64,000 nt of DNA from Pecten maximus (Eukaryota): NCBI RefSeq assembly GCF_902652985.1, contig NC_047015.1, forward strand, positions 1,736,001 through 1,800,000, read 5' to 3'. The notes beneath the pieces are model-generated. The model did no database searches. It was given only the letters and a program-made list of their open reading frames with translations, and was not told where the DNA came from. A program made the position numbers and the translations under genes. Shown piece after piece: positions 1 to 14,280 of this stretch. Within the stretch, counting starts at the first letter, position 1. Each line of letters starts with the position of its first letter.

Positions 1-570
1 AAATGATGTAATACATAGTGATAATACTAAATGATGTATCTAATACATTATGATAGTACTAAATGATGTAATACATTGTGATAGTACTAAATGATGTAAT
101 ACATAGTGATAGTACTAAATGATGTATCTAATGCATTGTGATAGTACTAAATGATGTAATACATAGTGATAGTACTAAATGATGTAATACATAGTGATAG
201 TACTAAATGATGTAATACATTATGATAGTACTAAATGATGTAATACATTGTGATAGTACTAAATGATGTAATACATTGTGATAGTACTAAATGATGTAAT
301 ACATTGTGATAGTACTAAATGATGTATCTAATACATAGTGATAGTACTAAATGATGTAATATATTGTGATAATACTAAATGATGTATCTAATACATTGTG
401 ATAGTACTAAATGATGTAATACATTGTGATAGTACTAAATGATGTAATACATTGTGATAGTACTAAATGATGTAATACATTGTGATAGTACTAAATGATG
501 TAATACATTGTGATAGTACTAAATGATGTAATACATTGTGATAGTACTAAATGATGTAATACATTGTGAT
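1..570. repeat. 28-bp minisatellite (AAATGATGTAATACATTGTGATAGTACT)n, runs off the window start
   Basis: About 20 tandem copies with occasional +4 bp variants; the palindrome TAGTACTA spans the unit junction. Confidence 0.95.
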
Positions 571-1199
571 TCTGTGTTAGATATACTTTATTGACGATAG
601 CTGATGATATATAGTTCGTGAATTTCATTAATGACCAAATCACGATAAGGTGTGTGGAGGTATACACAGCGTGTCATAAGGTGACCGGGGTTACTCTGTA
701 TCATTCCATCATTTCGTTACCGATCTGCCGTCGGTGAAGGCGAGAAATCCTTTTAGCATTCTTTAAAGCTTCAATATTATGTCATCACATCACCCTGCTA
801 CAGGAGTGGACAAAAATATCTAAAATCTATCTGACGTGTCACCTGTGCGGTTTGGAGAAATGATCTAAACAAATGATTGAATTATCTGTAGGGAGTAAGA
901 CATCGAGATAGATTAACAGGATGTCTAGATATAGGCTCGGCAGTTTATGTAGAGCGACATATCTCTAGAAATTATTACGATAGACCAAGTACATTAAGAT
1001 TTCATACATTTCTAAATTACGTAAATCAAAATTAAATTATTTCATTGGCTCAATTTATTATTGATACAAATCAGATAATAAATTTACAATACTGATGTCC
1101 AGCATATTTTACCATGTATCATTGTTATCCATTTGTTAATGTTCATATTCTCTGTACTGTACTGTTTACGAGAATAAACAATGGTTATTGTCATTGACT

Positions 1200-1520
1200 C
1201 ATTAAGAGAGATTGATAGGGAGTCCAGAAAGACTCATAATTTTATGTAGAGAGCGAAACATCGAGAGAGAGATTGACAGGAAGTTCGAAAAGACTCAGCA
1301 TTTTATGTAGAGAGCGAGACATCGAGAGAGATTGGTAGATGTCTAGAAGGACTCATAATTTTATGTAGAGAGAGAGAGACATCGAGAGAGATTGGTAGAT
1401 GTCTAGAAGGACTCATAATTTTATGTAGAGAGAGAGAGACATCGAGAGAGATTGGTAGATGTCTAGAAGGACTCATAATTTTATGTAGAGAGAGAGACAT
1501 CGAGAGAGATGGACAGGAAG
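1200..1520. repeat. ~60-bp tandem repeat (ATCGAGAGAGATTGGTAGATGTCTAGAAGGACTCATAATTTTATGTAGAGAGAGAGAGAC)
   Basis: Three near-identical copies at 1321-1500 plus diverged flanking copies; explains ORF 1303..1500. Confidence 0.9.
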
Positions 1521-1974
1521 TTCAAAAATACAGTTTATACATTTACTCAGTCATTTACTCAGAAGCGCAGTTGTATCGACTCAATCGGGTTTTGTTATTT
1601 ATGGTATAAATGTTGAAATTCTTGTTTAGGTATTGTAAGTTTGTGTACTTCTATTGTTATATACTTCTATTGTTATATACTTCTATTGTTATAATTTTTA
1701 CACTTCCATTGTTATATACATTGCACTTCCCTCGGGAGATAAGTCCTAAGTGCATTGTCAATCATATATAGATTTCTTTATAACTTTTAGCCAGTATTCG
1801 GCACGTAATTCATGTTCAAAAGGACAATAATGTCCGTCTTTTGTAAAATCTTTATAAACATATATAATTTTCGTTAAAAAAGAATGGTATACAATTTATA
1901 GCTCATTGAATTGACTTGCCGTTTATTTCACATTTTAGAGAGTTAAACATGTCCTCCGATTTCCCCCTATCTGT

Positions 1975-2271
1975 CGTCTCCCCTAGTAAGTACTGCAATT
2001 CTACAGTCGGTTGTCTCCCCTAGTAAGTACTGACATTCTACAGTCGGTTGTCTCCCCTAGTAAGTACTGTAATTCTACAGTCGGTTGTCTCCCCTAGTAA
2101 GTACTGACATTCTACAGTCGGTTGTCTCCCCTAGTAAGTACTGTAATTCTACAGTCGGTTGTCTCCCCTAGTAAGTACTGACATTCTACAGTCGGTTGTC
2201 TCCCCTAGTAAGTACTGACATTCAACAGTCGGTTGTCTCCCCTAGTAAGTACTGACATTCTACAGTCGGTT
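1975..2271. repeat. 37-bp minisatellite (TCTCCCCTAGTAAGTACTGACATTCTACAGTCGGTTG)n
   Basis: About 8 tandem copies. Confidence 0.95.
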
Positions 2272-2391
2272 ATAACATTCTATCAAGGGTTTACCGTGCT
2301 ATAAATCAACTCTAAATAAAAACCACTTGATTTGAAACGTTGTCGATAAACATTTAGATTTACACAGGCAATGTGATTTCTGTTTGCTAGT

Positions 2392-2650
2392 TCTACAACT
2401 GCCTTTGGTTGGCATTGGTTGTTGACAGGAAACAGCAGATTCCATAGGCCCTACCACTGCCTTTAGTTGGCATTGATTGTTGACAGGAAACAGCAGATTC
2501 CATAGGCCCTACCAATGCCTTTGGTTGGCATTGGTTGTTGACAGGAAACAGCAGATTCCATAGGCCCTACCACTGCCTTTAGTTGGCATTGATTGTTGAC
2601 AGGAAACAGCAGATTCCATAGGCCCTACCACTGCCTTTGGTTGGCATTGA
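2392..2650. repeat. 58-bp tandem repeat (CTGCCTTTGGTTGGCATTGGTTGTTGACAGGAAACAGCAGATTCCATAGGCCCTACCA)
   Basis: About 4.3 tandem copies. Confidence 0.95.
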
Positions 2651-3488
2651 TAGATTTCATACTACGCAACAGTTAGTGACATTATGTATCAATATTGATA
2701 TGTAGAAATGATTACCCAACTTATGAAGCATTCAAGTTTCTTGACATTTTAATTACTGGACCATATACAATACCTGTAAAACCAGAAATGTCTGTAACGT
2801 TGTAGTCAGTGGTGACACAGCGCTGATGTCCGAGTGTCAAACAATAATTGTACAACGCGTTACCATAGAAACTGTGCATCAAAGAAATAACTTATGAACC
2901 GAGAACTCACCATTAACTTCCTGATCTACTGAAACCAGAGGAACATTCCTTAACATACATTCAAATTGTCCTACCTTAGTCGAAGTTCTGAGAGGATAGT
3001 GTCGGACTGGGAGATCTTTTGATACCAATCTTCCTGTTCTCTGTAGGCAAAGTCCACTTTTAATAAGTTTCTAGCTGGGCGTTTAAACCAACAACACTAC
3101 TTTCGGGTGACTGGCCGCAACGAAAACACCTGTAAGAAACGAAAGTATGTGACAAGATGTTTTATAAACAACACCAAAGTATAGGATTCCGTGGATCTAA
3201 TCATGTGACTATTTCCAAAAGCCTGCTTTTATTGAAATGCCTGAGTGATGGGGGTTACGATAACGACACTGTCCTCGGTCAACACACGTAAAGCCGGGAG
3301 GGTGTGACATGGACGGGAGCGCCTGCTGACAGGGACATGCTGTCGTGCTGTTAGGCTTGGATCTTATCGGCACATTAATGACTTTAAACCTCGGGTAAGG
3401 TCAAAAGGGCTTTAAGGTTGTACCAATAGATAGGAGGTAATGACTATCTGTTTATATATACCGGACAACTGTCAGAGCTTTTCACACA

Positions 3489-4072
3489 CCTCTCGTCATA
3501 CCGGCCAATACACAGGTGACTGGGGTACCCTCTCTCGTCATACCGGCCAATACACAGGTGACTTGGGTACCCTCTCTCGTCATACCGACCAATACACAGG
3601 TGACTGGGGTACCCTCTCTCGTCATACCGGCCAATACACAGGTGACTGGGGTACCCTCTCTCGTCATACCGGTCAATACACGGGTGACTGGGGTACCCTC
3701 TCTCGTCATACCGGTCAATACACGGGTGACTGGGGTACCCTCTCTCGTCATACCGGCCAATACACAGGTGACTGGGGTACCCTCTCTCGTCATACCGGAC
3801 AATACACAGGTGACTGGTGTACCCTCTCTCGTCATACCGGTCAGTACACAGGTGACTGGGGTACCCTCTCTCGTCATACCGGCTAATACACAGGTGACTG
3901 GGGTACCCTATGTCGTCATACCGACCAATACACAGGTGACTGGGGTACTCTCTCTCGTCATACCGGCCAATACACAGGTGACTGGGGTACCCTCTCTCGT
4001 TATACCGGTCAATATACAGGTGACTGGAGTACCCTCTTTCGTCATACCGGCCAATACACAGGTGACTGGGGT
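3489..4072. repeat. 42-bp minisatellite (CCCTCTCTCGTCATACCGGCCAATACACAGGTGACTGGGGTA)n
   Basis: About 14 copies; explains the 14-aa periodic ORFs at 3440-4112. Confidence 0.95.
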
Positions 4073-6281
4073 CTCTTGGTCAGTGATATATCTAGATTCT
4101 GGTATATTCTAACGCTGTTTTGTGTTCGTTAAAATCTTTTGTTATCAAAGGTACCACTGTACCACAAATACTTAGTAAGATCTTGCCCTGCAGCAGATAC
4201 GACACTGATCAGTGTCAATACTTCACAGGTCACCTGTGGGATTTAAAGATGTTATCGCCATATTACATTTTGTCCTGAGTAGACCTAACAGATGATATTT
4301 ACACGCCGACAAATATGGTAATTTTCAATAAAGGTAGCCGCCGGCCGATCTATAACCCCGTACCTGTTGTCTGCCACGTGTCGATGTGAAAGGATCATAT
4401 CGCCGAACTAGTTTGGGACAGGAAAAGGATGTGTGTGACGTGAATAGTCTGTGACTGGAAGTGTCGAGGCCACCCATAGGTGCATGAGGGATTGAAATAC
4501 AGGAGAAAAAACAAATATCATATAAATATAAATTGGCAGGAAATAAGATGACATTTTTATTGTTTTTAAATTTCTGAATGTTTTATTGATGATTATCCTA
4601 TGTCAATTTGAGGCATTTTATTTACTTTTAAAAGGCTGTGGTTGCGTTAAAGTTGTGATGAACGGTGAAGAATCACGTTTTACGCCTCACTTGAACTGAC
4701 ATACTATAATGAAGTTTAATTCTTTGATCGATTAATCCGTGATGTCCGTCATGTTTCTTGATAAACCACATCGCTATTCTTTATATATACTGCAAGATTC
4801 CTGTGAATTACTCTCCCAGTTTATTCTGGTTCCCAGGTTTTGAAAATGTACTCAATTTACTGTGGGTTTTTCTCTCCCTGTAATAACTGATCTGTATCCT
4901 GATTAGAGATCCGACAACTTTCGTTAGAAGAAACTTGTCTCGGAAACTTAATTTGTTCCCGATGAATTGGCCTACCTTCTGTTCTGGTGACTTGTTGAAT
5001 CACACATTCATGTTATATACTTTATGCAAGCATTTCACTATCGACTGATTTAAAACACTGCAGCCTCTTTATTACTATCAGAATCTCTGTTGCGGAAACA
5101 AGCTAACGTTAGGTTTCACCTCATAATCACTTCAACCAACTCAACCAGCACGGCTATTTTTGTGTGGCCTATATTTATCGGAAATGATGCACCAAACGGA
5201 GGTATTCTACTTTCATTTAAAGTATCGAATGTAAAAACAACCGGAGATTTTACTTATCGATTTCCAATTGGAAAATCCGAGACTTTAACTGTATTCGACG
5301 GCCGATGGCCATTTTTTCAACCCAAGAGTTACAGGCGACTTTCCAATGTCGTATCAACTAGAGTATATACGAGTTACCTTCCCTCGATCTGTATATAACC
5401 AACCAATTGTTTTCCCAAAGACTTTAGTGTTAACGTTTTGGAGTATTTCATTCAAATTCTTGAATTCAATATGACAATTATGGTTTATAACAAAAGTTTA
5501 GGGTCTGATATAATACCTAATCAAAAAAAAAAGTTGGGTCCTTCAGCTAAAATTTTCTCCAGGGTAGCCATTTTGAAAATGGGTGAATTTCGCAGTAAAA
5601 ATTCTCAAAAATCTGAAATGTTTACCTGTTAATTGTTATTACCTGAACTTTTGGGAAAAAAATCAATCGGACTTACGAAATTAATATCAACATTTCTTAT
5701 TGATAGTTACCTATCAGGCTACATATCTATTTTCTCGCTTCATAACATACTGGCCAATCAGTGGCTGCCAGACATTTTATCCTTGGCTCAACTTTCTATA
5801 CACAGGGGCTGTTTCAAAAATCTATTTTTTTCAATTGGTTGGTTGTTCCCTATATGTATTTTGTTGTTTGTAACATGTACTTAAAGAACGTATGCACTCC
5901 TGCGACCACCGTCGCCAGCTCCCGGTATACTCCCCAATTGCCCCCCCCCCCCCCCCCCCCCAACATTACGCTATATCCTGGCATTGACACAGAAAACAGA
6001 AAGTAAGAAATATTCTGGAGACACCGACCAAGCCATATATTTTGGCAGTGAAAATGTAAACAATGATCCTTCGTCTCCACTCGCGTCATTGATGTGCCTT
6101 AGCTTGAGCAAATCGTTAATCCTTCGCTGAAATCAACACCTTATATCGATAGATTAGTTATTGGTGAGCATAGAATATAATTTTATTTGAAATAACTCTC
6201 AATATCTCTCCGTGATCGGATCAAACGGATCATGCTCGTATATTCTGCAGCTCCCTCCGCTTGCGGCTCCGCGCCACCTAA

Positions 6282-6485
6282 GACAAGGGAAGCAAGTCCC
6301 GCGCCCTCCAATTTTCGTTAACCCACTCCGCGGTGACAAGGGGAAGCAAGTCCCGCGCCCTCCAATTTTCGTTAACCCACTCCGCGATGACAACGGGAAG
6401 CAAGTCCCGCGCCCTCCAATTTTCGTTAACCCACTCCGCGATGACCAGGGGAAGTAAGTCCCGGGCCCTCCAATTTTCGTTAACC
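6282..6485. repeat. 54-bp GC-rich tandem repeat (GACAAGGGGAAGCAAGTCCCGCGCCCTCCAATTTTCGTTAACCCACTCCGCGRT)
   Basis: About 3.7 copies, followed by short CGGAAG(A)GTCGGACAA repeats at 6503-6552; possibly internal to an interspersed element. Confidence 0.9.
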
Positions 6486-7620
6486 TTCTTCACGACACAC
6501 AAACGGAAGAGTCGGACAAACGGAAGTCGGACAAACGGAAGAGTCGGACAACACGTGGATATGTCTCGGCGATTACACGTTTGTATGTAAGTTAATGAGG
6601 CAATGGTTACTGATAATCCAAGTTCGGGGTAGAGCTTGTCCTGAGTTTTAGTGTGGCCTTTTAAACGCTATGACGGGTTAATCGGTACACTGTAGTATCA
6701 GTACTGTAATTAGTCGGGGATTATCGGTAAGGTAAGCATATCCACAATACGCCGCCTCAGGCTACAATTTGTAATCGATTGGGTATTATGGTGTTTTACA
6801 TGATCAAACACAATGTGATCGCCTTAAAGTTTCTGTGATTATTTCACTTCCACAGTTTTATCAACATGTTTTGTCAGTAATTCCAGTCTGTGTTGAAATA
6901 AAACCGACTCATTGTTGAATTGATTACTGTCATTACCTTTGTATGTTTGTATAAAATGGGCGTGGTTCGCTAATCATGTTTTCTTTCTATGTGAATGCAT
7001 GTCTGGTCGTACACAGCTAACAAAATTTATAAACATACGGAATAAAATCGACATGGTTCTGTTTAACAGCCGTCTTGTATCCGGACAGGTAACGACGAGG
7101 AAGGTTGTACCTTTATAGCTGTCGTGTTAGATCAAAAAGGGAAAATATTGTTTTGATGTTAAACATGATTTACAGTCGCAATATAATAAAAATGTCCCAG
7201 ATAGTTTGAGTGAGAGACCCGAGTGACAGCCATTGTTGATTTAAACAAAGGCTTACACTATCGTTTTTGAAACACTGGCAGTTTTACTGCGCTGTAATCG
7301 ATAAGGCGTTTAAATCTCTACGTGTCAATACTGATTTTATATATATACATGTACATGTATATGGAAACCGGAGCCCGGGGCGAGAGATTGTCGTCCGTTG
7401 TTGATGGACGGAACCAGAGCCTGACATTGGGGCGACAACCGTGTTCGAGCCTCGTCACCTGTTATTGACCATCCATTGATGGGCACTGCAATGACGACTG
7501 AGACACGTGAAATGTTAATATACAGGTACTGCTTTTGGGTACATTAGGAGATTTTTCTTTACAGAAATCTAGCTAAGATTAAAAAAAAACATTTTAAAGT
7601 ATCGGCAATACAGACTTATG

Positions 7621-9488
7621 GTACAACAACACATTCCACAGTACCGTCAACAAAACATTCCACAGTACCGTCAACAAAACATTCCACAGTACCGTCAACA
7701 AAACATTCCACAGTACCGTCAACAACACATTCCACAGTACCGTCAACAAAGCATCCTACAGTACCGACAACAACACATTCCACAGTACCGTCAACAAAGC
7801 ATCCCACAGTACCGTCAACAAAACTGTCCACAGTACCGCCAACAACACATTCAACAATACCGTCAACAAAACAGTCCACAGTACCGTCAACGACACATTC
7901 CACAGTACCGTCAACAACACATTCCACAGTACCGTCAACGAAACATTCCACAGTACCGTCCACAAAACATTCCACAGTACCGTCAACAAAACATTCCACA
8001 GTACCGTCAACAAAACTGTCCACAGTACCGTCAACAAAACATCCCACAGTACCGTCAACAAAACATTCCATAGTACCGTCAACAAAACATTCCACAGTAC
8101 CGTCAACAAAACATTCCACAGTACCGTCAACAAAACATTCCACAGTACCGTCAACAAAACATTCCACAGTACCGTCAACAAAACATTCCACAGTACCGTC
8201 AACAAAACATTCCATAGTACAATGTACCGTCAACAACACATTCCACAGTACCGTCAACAACACATTCCACAGTACCGTCAACAAAACATTCCACAGTACC
8301 GTCAACAAAACATTCCACAGTACCGTCAACAAAACATTCCACAGTACCGTCAACAAAACATTCCACAGTACCATCAACAAAACATTCCACAGTACCGTCA
8401 ACAAAACATTCCACAGTACCGTCAAAAAAACATTCCATAGTACCGTCAACAAAACATTCCACAGTACCGTCAACAAAACATTCCATAGTACCGTCAACAA
8501 AACATTCTACAGTACCGTCAACAACACATTCCACAGTACCGTCAACAAAACATTCCACAGTACCGTCAGCAACACATTCCACAATACCGTCAACAACACA
8601 TTCCATAGTACCGTCAACAACACATTCCACAGTACCGTCAACAAAACATTCCACAGTACCGTCAACAAAACATTCCACAGTACCGTCAACAAAACATTCC
8701 ACAGTACCGTCAACAACACATTCCACAGTACCGTCAACAAAACATTCCACAGTACCGTCAACAACACATTCCATAGTACCGTCAACAAAACATTCCACAG
8801 TACCGTCAACAAATCATTCCACAATACCGTCAACAAAACATTCCACAGTACCGTCAACAAAACATTCCACAGTACCGTCAACAACACATTCCACAGTACC
8901 GTCAACAAAACATTCCACAGTATCGTCAACAACACATTCCACAGTACCGTCAACAAAACATTCCACAGTACCGTCAACAGAACATTCCACAGTATCGCCA
9001 ACAAAACATTCCATAATACCGTCCACAAAACATTCCACAGTACCGTCAACAACACATTCCACAGTACCGTCAACAACACATTCCACAGTACCGTCAACAA
9101 AACATTCCACAGTACCGTCAACAACACATTCCACAGTACCGTCAACAACACATTCCACAGTACCGTCAACAACACATTCCACAGTACCGTCAACAACACA
9201 TTCCACAGTACCGTCAACAACACATTCCACGGTACCGTCAACAAAACATTCCACAGTACCGTCAACAAAACATTCCACAATACCGTCAACAAAACCGTCA
9301 ATAGTACCGTCAACAACACATTCCACAGTACCGTCAACAAAACATTCCACAATACCGTCAACAAAACATTCCACAATACCGTCAACAAAACATTCCACAG
9401 TACCGTCAACAACACATTCTACAGTACCGTCAACAAAACATTCCACAGTACCGTCAACAAAACATTCCATAGTACCGTCAACAAAACA
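7621..9488. repeat. 24-bp minisatellite (CAGTACCGTCAACAAAACATTCCA)n
   Basis: About 75 copies; explains the 8-aa periodic ORFs. Confidence 0.97.
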
Positions 9489-9908
9489 GTGCAGCATTAG
9501 AAGTATAAGGTTTGTATAATGTTTGAAGTGAAGCCGAACACTCCGCTGATAATACTAATACAGTGATATACTTGACGACCTTACACCAGTAACGTTTACT
9601 CTACCAACCACTTACACGGAAATGAAAGCCACGTTTCTTGGTCGTCCTTCGTAATGTTGAATGGTACAGCTGGGACAACTAATTACTAGTAAGACGTAAG
9701 GGTGTTTCCTGTTCTAGACCACACTACTCTGTACGAGTCTCATCAATTATTTACAAATGGTTGCAAGGTAACATCCCTATTGTTTTGTTTAAACTGATCT
9801 ATTGGTTTCTGAGACGTATGAACAGATGTTAGTTGGGTAAGCTTCCAAACAGCGATACTCTGGGTTTGTTGCTGACGAAGCATCGCCGTGGTACAGAGCC
9901 TACAATCA

Positions 9909-12372
9909 CCTCAATATCGTGTAATGTAACACGATGTGGACCTCAATGTCGTGTAATGAAACACGGTGTGGACCCCAATGTCGTGTAATGTAACACGATG
10001 TGGACCTCAATGTCGTGTAATGTAACACGATGTGGACCTCAATGTCGTGTAATGTAACACGATGTGGACCTCAATGTCGTGTAATGTAACACGATGTGGA
10101 CCTCAATGTCGTGTAATGTAACACGATGTGGACCTCAATGTCGTGTAATGTAACACGATGTGGACCTCAATGTCGTGTAACACGATGTGGACCCCAATGT
10201 CGTGTAATGTAACAGGATGTGGACCCCAATGTCGTGTAATGTAACACGATGTGGACCCCAATGTCGTGTAATGTAACACGATGTGGACCCCAATGTCGTG
10301 TAATGTAACACGATGTGGACCTCAATGTCGTGTAATGTAACACGGTGTGGACCTCAATGTCGTGTAATGTAACACGATGTGGACCCCAATGTCGTGTAAT
10401 GTAACACGGTGTGGACCTCAATGTCGTGTAATGTAACACGGTGTGGACCCCAATGTCGTGTAATGTAACACGATGTGGACCTCAATGTCGTGTAATGTAA
10501 CACGGTGTATACCCCAAAGTCGTGTAATGTAACACGATGTGGACCTCAATGTCGTGTAATGTAACACGATGTGGACCTCAATGTCGTGTAATGTAACACG
10601 ATGTGGACCTCAATGTCGTGTAATGTAACACGATGTGGACCTCAATGTCGTGTAATGTAACACGATGTGGACCTCAATGTCGTGTAATGTAACACGATGT
10701 GGACCTCAATGTCGTGTAATGTAACACGATGTGGACCCCAATGTCGTGTAATGTAACACGATGTGGACCCCAATATTATGTAATGTAACACGATGTGGAC
10801 CTCGATGTCGTGTAATGTAACACGATGTGGACCTCAATGTCGTGTAATGTAACACGGTGTGGACCTCGATGTCGTGTAATGTAACACGATGTGGACCTCA
10901 ATGTCGTGTAATGTAACACAATGTGGACCCCAGTGTCGTGTAATGTAACACGATGTGGACCCCAATGTCGTGTAATGTAACACGATGTGGACCCCAATGT
11001 CGTGTAATGTAACACGATGTGGACCCCAATGTCGTGTAATGTAAGACGATGTGGACCTCAATGTCGTGTAATGTAACACGGTGTGGACCTCAATGTCGTG
11101 TAATGTAACACGATGTGGACCCCAATGTCGTGTAATGTAACACGATGTGGACCTCAATGTCGTGTAATGTAACACGATGTGGACCTCAATGTCGTGTAAT
11201 GTAACACGGTGTGGACCTCAATGTCGTGTAATGTAACACGATGTGGACCTCAATGTCGTGTAATGTAACACGATGTGGACCTCAATGTCGTGTGATGTAA
11301 CACGGTGTGGACCTCAATGTCGTGTAATGTAACACGGTGTGGACCTCAATGTCGTGTAATGTAACACGGTGTGGACCTCAATGTCGTGTAACACGATGTG
11401 GACCTCAATGTCGTGTAATGTAACACGATGTGGACCTCAATGTCGTGTAATGTAACATGATGTGGACCTCAATGTCGTGTAATGTAACACGGTGTGGACC
11501 TCAATGTCGTGTAACACGATGTGGACCTCAATGTCGTGTAATGTAACACGATGTGGACCTCAATGTCGTGTAATGTAACATGATGTGGACCTCAATGTCG
11601 TGTAATGTAACACGGTGTGGACCTCAATGTCGTGTAATGTAACACGATGTGGACCTCGATGTCGTGAAATGTAACACGGTGTGGACCTCAATGTCGTGTA
11701 ATGTAACACGGTGTGGACCTCAATGTCGTGTAACACGATGTGGACCTCAATGTCGTGTAATGTAACACGGTGTGGACCTCAATGTCGTGTAATGTAACAC
11801 GGTGTGGACCTCAATGTCGTGTAATGTAACACGGTGTGGACCTCAATGTCGTGTAACACGATGTGGACCTCAATGTCGTGTAATGTAACACGGTGTGGAC
11901 CTCAATGTCGTGTAATGTAACACGGTGTGGACCCCAGTGTCGTGTAATGTAACACGGTGTGGACCTCAATGTCGTGTAATGTAACACGGTGTGGACCTCA
12001 ATGTCGTGTAATGTAACACGATGTGGACCCCAATGTCGTGTAATGTAACACGATGTGGACCTCAATGTCGTGTAATGTAACACGATGTGGACACCAATGT
12101 CGTGTAATGTAACACGATGTGGACCTCAATGTCATGTAATGTAACACGATGTGGACCCCAATGTCGTGTAATGTAACACGATGTGGACCTCAATGTCGTG
12201 TAATGTAACATGATGTGGACCTCAATGTCGTGTAATGTAACACGGTGTGGACCTCAATGTCGTGTAATGTAACACGGTGTGGACCTCAATGTCGTGTAAT
12301 GTAACACGATGTGGACCTCGATGTCGTGTAATGTAACACGGTGTGGACCTCAATGTCGTGTAATGTAACATC
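9909..12372. repeat. 32-bp minisatellite (AATGTCGTGTAATGTAACACGATGTGGACCTC)n
   Basis: About 75 copies; internal inverted repeat TCGTGT...ACACGA; recurrent 5-bp deletion variants. Confidence 0.97.
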
Positions 12373-13930
12373 GTGTTGTTTCCATATACATCCCTGGTTC
12401 AGGGCCAACAATACAAAGTTGCCGGTGTCAGCTGCCAAGCCAGTGAACACTCCAGATACAGCATTACTGGTTTATAACAAGGTCTTATTGATTAAATATG
12501 TAATTACATTTTTACAAGTCGACGACATCACTTATATAGGTGGAACGACACAGGTAAGGTCCTATCAGCCGAAAAATTGTACACAACAATTGTATGATAT
12601 GTAAATATACACGACAGATCAATAGGACATTCATATACCAGTATACTGTACATGTCCCCTCTCCATCTACGGGTGTGGTAGCGTGGTCCCACCCAGCTAA
12701 CGTACATATTAAAACATGTACGCCGACATCTGTCATTTACAACTGACCACACATAAAGCCAATAAGGAAAGTCTATACATACCCGAGTCACCAGTACGTG
12801 TCCATTACCGGAATATCCACCGATCCTGTTTATTTACAGTTCACATATCCTGAGTTACGTAACCTGATTGATTTGTTGAGGAATTCCAAGGAAGTGGGGG
12901 CGCCTAAACTGACCACCGGTCAGTTGTTTAAAGTGCGGTGTGGCCTGTTCGGGTTAGCTTTAATGGCCAGTGTCCAGGGCATCACTGTGACGTTTCGGGT
13001 TGTTTGGTATTTACCTTTATACGTATAGGTAAATTCGCTATTCTATAGGCGCGACTTGGAACTTTGCCTACCGATCATGTCTGGACACAGGTATAACATA
13101 TACATATATATACACAGGTAAATACAGGTATACCTTACACCGCCTGATTCATATAGCCACCCCGGTTAGTCGGCACTCGTCAAATACCTCATAACCCAGG
13201 CTAATTGTGAACAATATTGCGGTAGTGTTACTACAATGACAATATCGAGCGCCTGGGTACTACAATGTATGTCCAATAGAGCGTAGAGACGACTGTCATT
13301 TTCCTGGTCCACGCCCTGAAGGTGAAACAATGGATTATAGACAAAGGAAAATACCTGTAATCTCCATGGTGCATATTTCAGATGATTGTATACAACTTGA
13401 ATAATTACCAACACCAATAAGGCCTTTTGATACAGGGCGAATTACAGTTCTGAAATATAAGATTTGTTGATGGGGTACATTTAAACTGGGTCACTAGTAT
13501 ATGAGTGTAGGTTAAAATCACACAATGATATACACCGCCCTCCAAAAGTTCTGTTACAATTATTACGTAAAATACTGCGAAGTTAATCTCGAAGTCTTTA
13601 TTGCAATTTGTTAGAATCATAACTTCTTAGGATGTTTTTGTTCATGATTTCAAATGTTCATGTTCATTTTTCAACAGTGCATATGTTTTGTTACAATGGA
13701 AATCCTCAAAATGCAACATTCTGAAACATTCCCTTTTTGATTAATATAAATTTCAAAAATGCATCTCGTACATTTTTTTTACTGTTAATCAGTTAAACAA
13801 TAACTTTTATTGGTGTCGGGGGAAAAAACCCAACAACAACATATTTGTAACATTATGGAAAATAGGACCCTCCATTCCCTCTCCTTGTAACTTCAAAGAA
13901 GTCAGGCATTTGTTATATGCAATCGTTACT

Positions 13931-14201
13931 AACAAATGGAATATCTTACGGATATTACAACACTTACAAATGGACTATCTTACGGATATTACAACACTTA
14001 CAAATGGACTATCTTACGGATATTACAACACTTACAAATGGACTATCTTACGGATATTACAACACTTACAAATGGACTATCTTACGGATATTACAACACT
14101 TACAAATGGACTATCTTACTGATATTACAACACATACAAGTGGACTATCTTACGGATATTACAACACTTACAAATGGACTATCTTACGGATATTACAACA
14201 C
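13931..14201. repeat. 34-bp minisatellite (TACAAATGGACTATCTTACGGATATTACAACACT)n
   Basis: About 8 copies. Confidence 0.95.
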
Positions 14202-14280
14202 CCTCTCTCAAATTTTGTTGGCTAGCCATTCGGTTGAAACGTTCCAAGTGTAACAGAACTTTTGGAGGGCAGTGTACATG

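Noticed and set aside
5090-6089. Short ORFs and the poly-C run as a gene
   Set aside because: No recognisable motifs or splice structure; the poly-Pro/Gly comes from a C homopolymer; probably transposon-derived non-coding DNA
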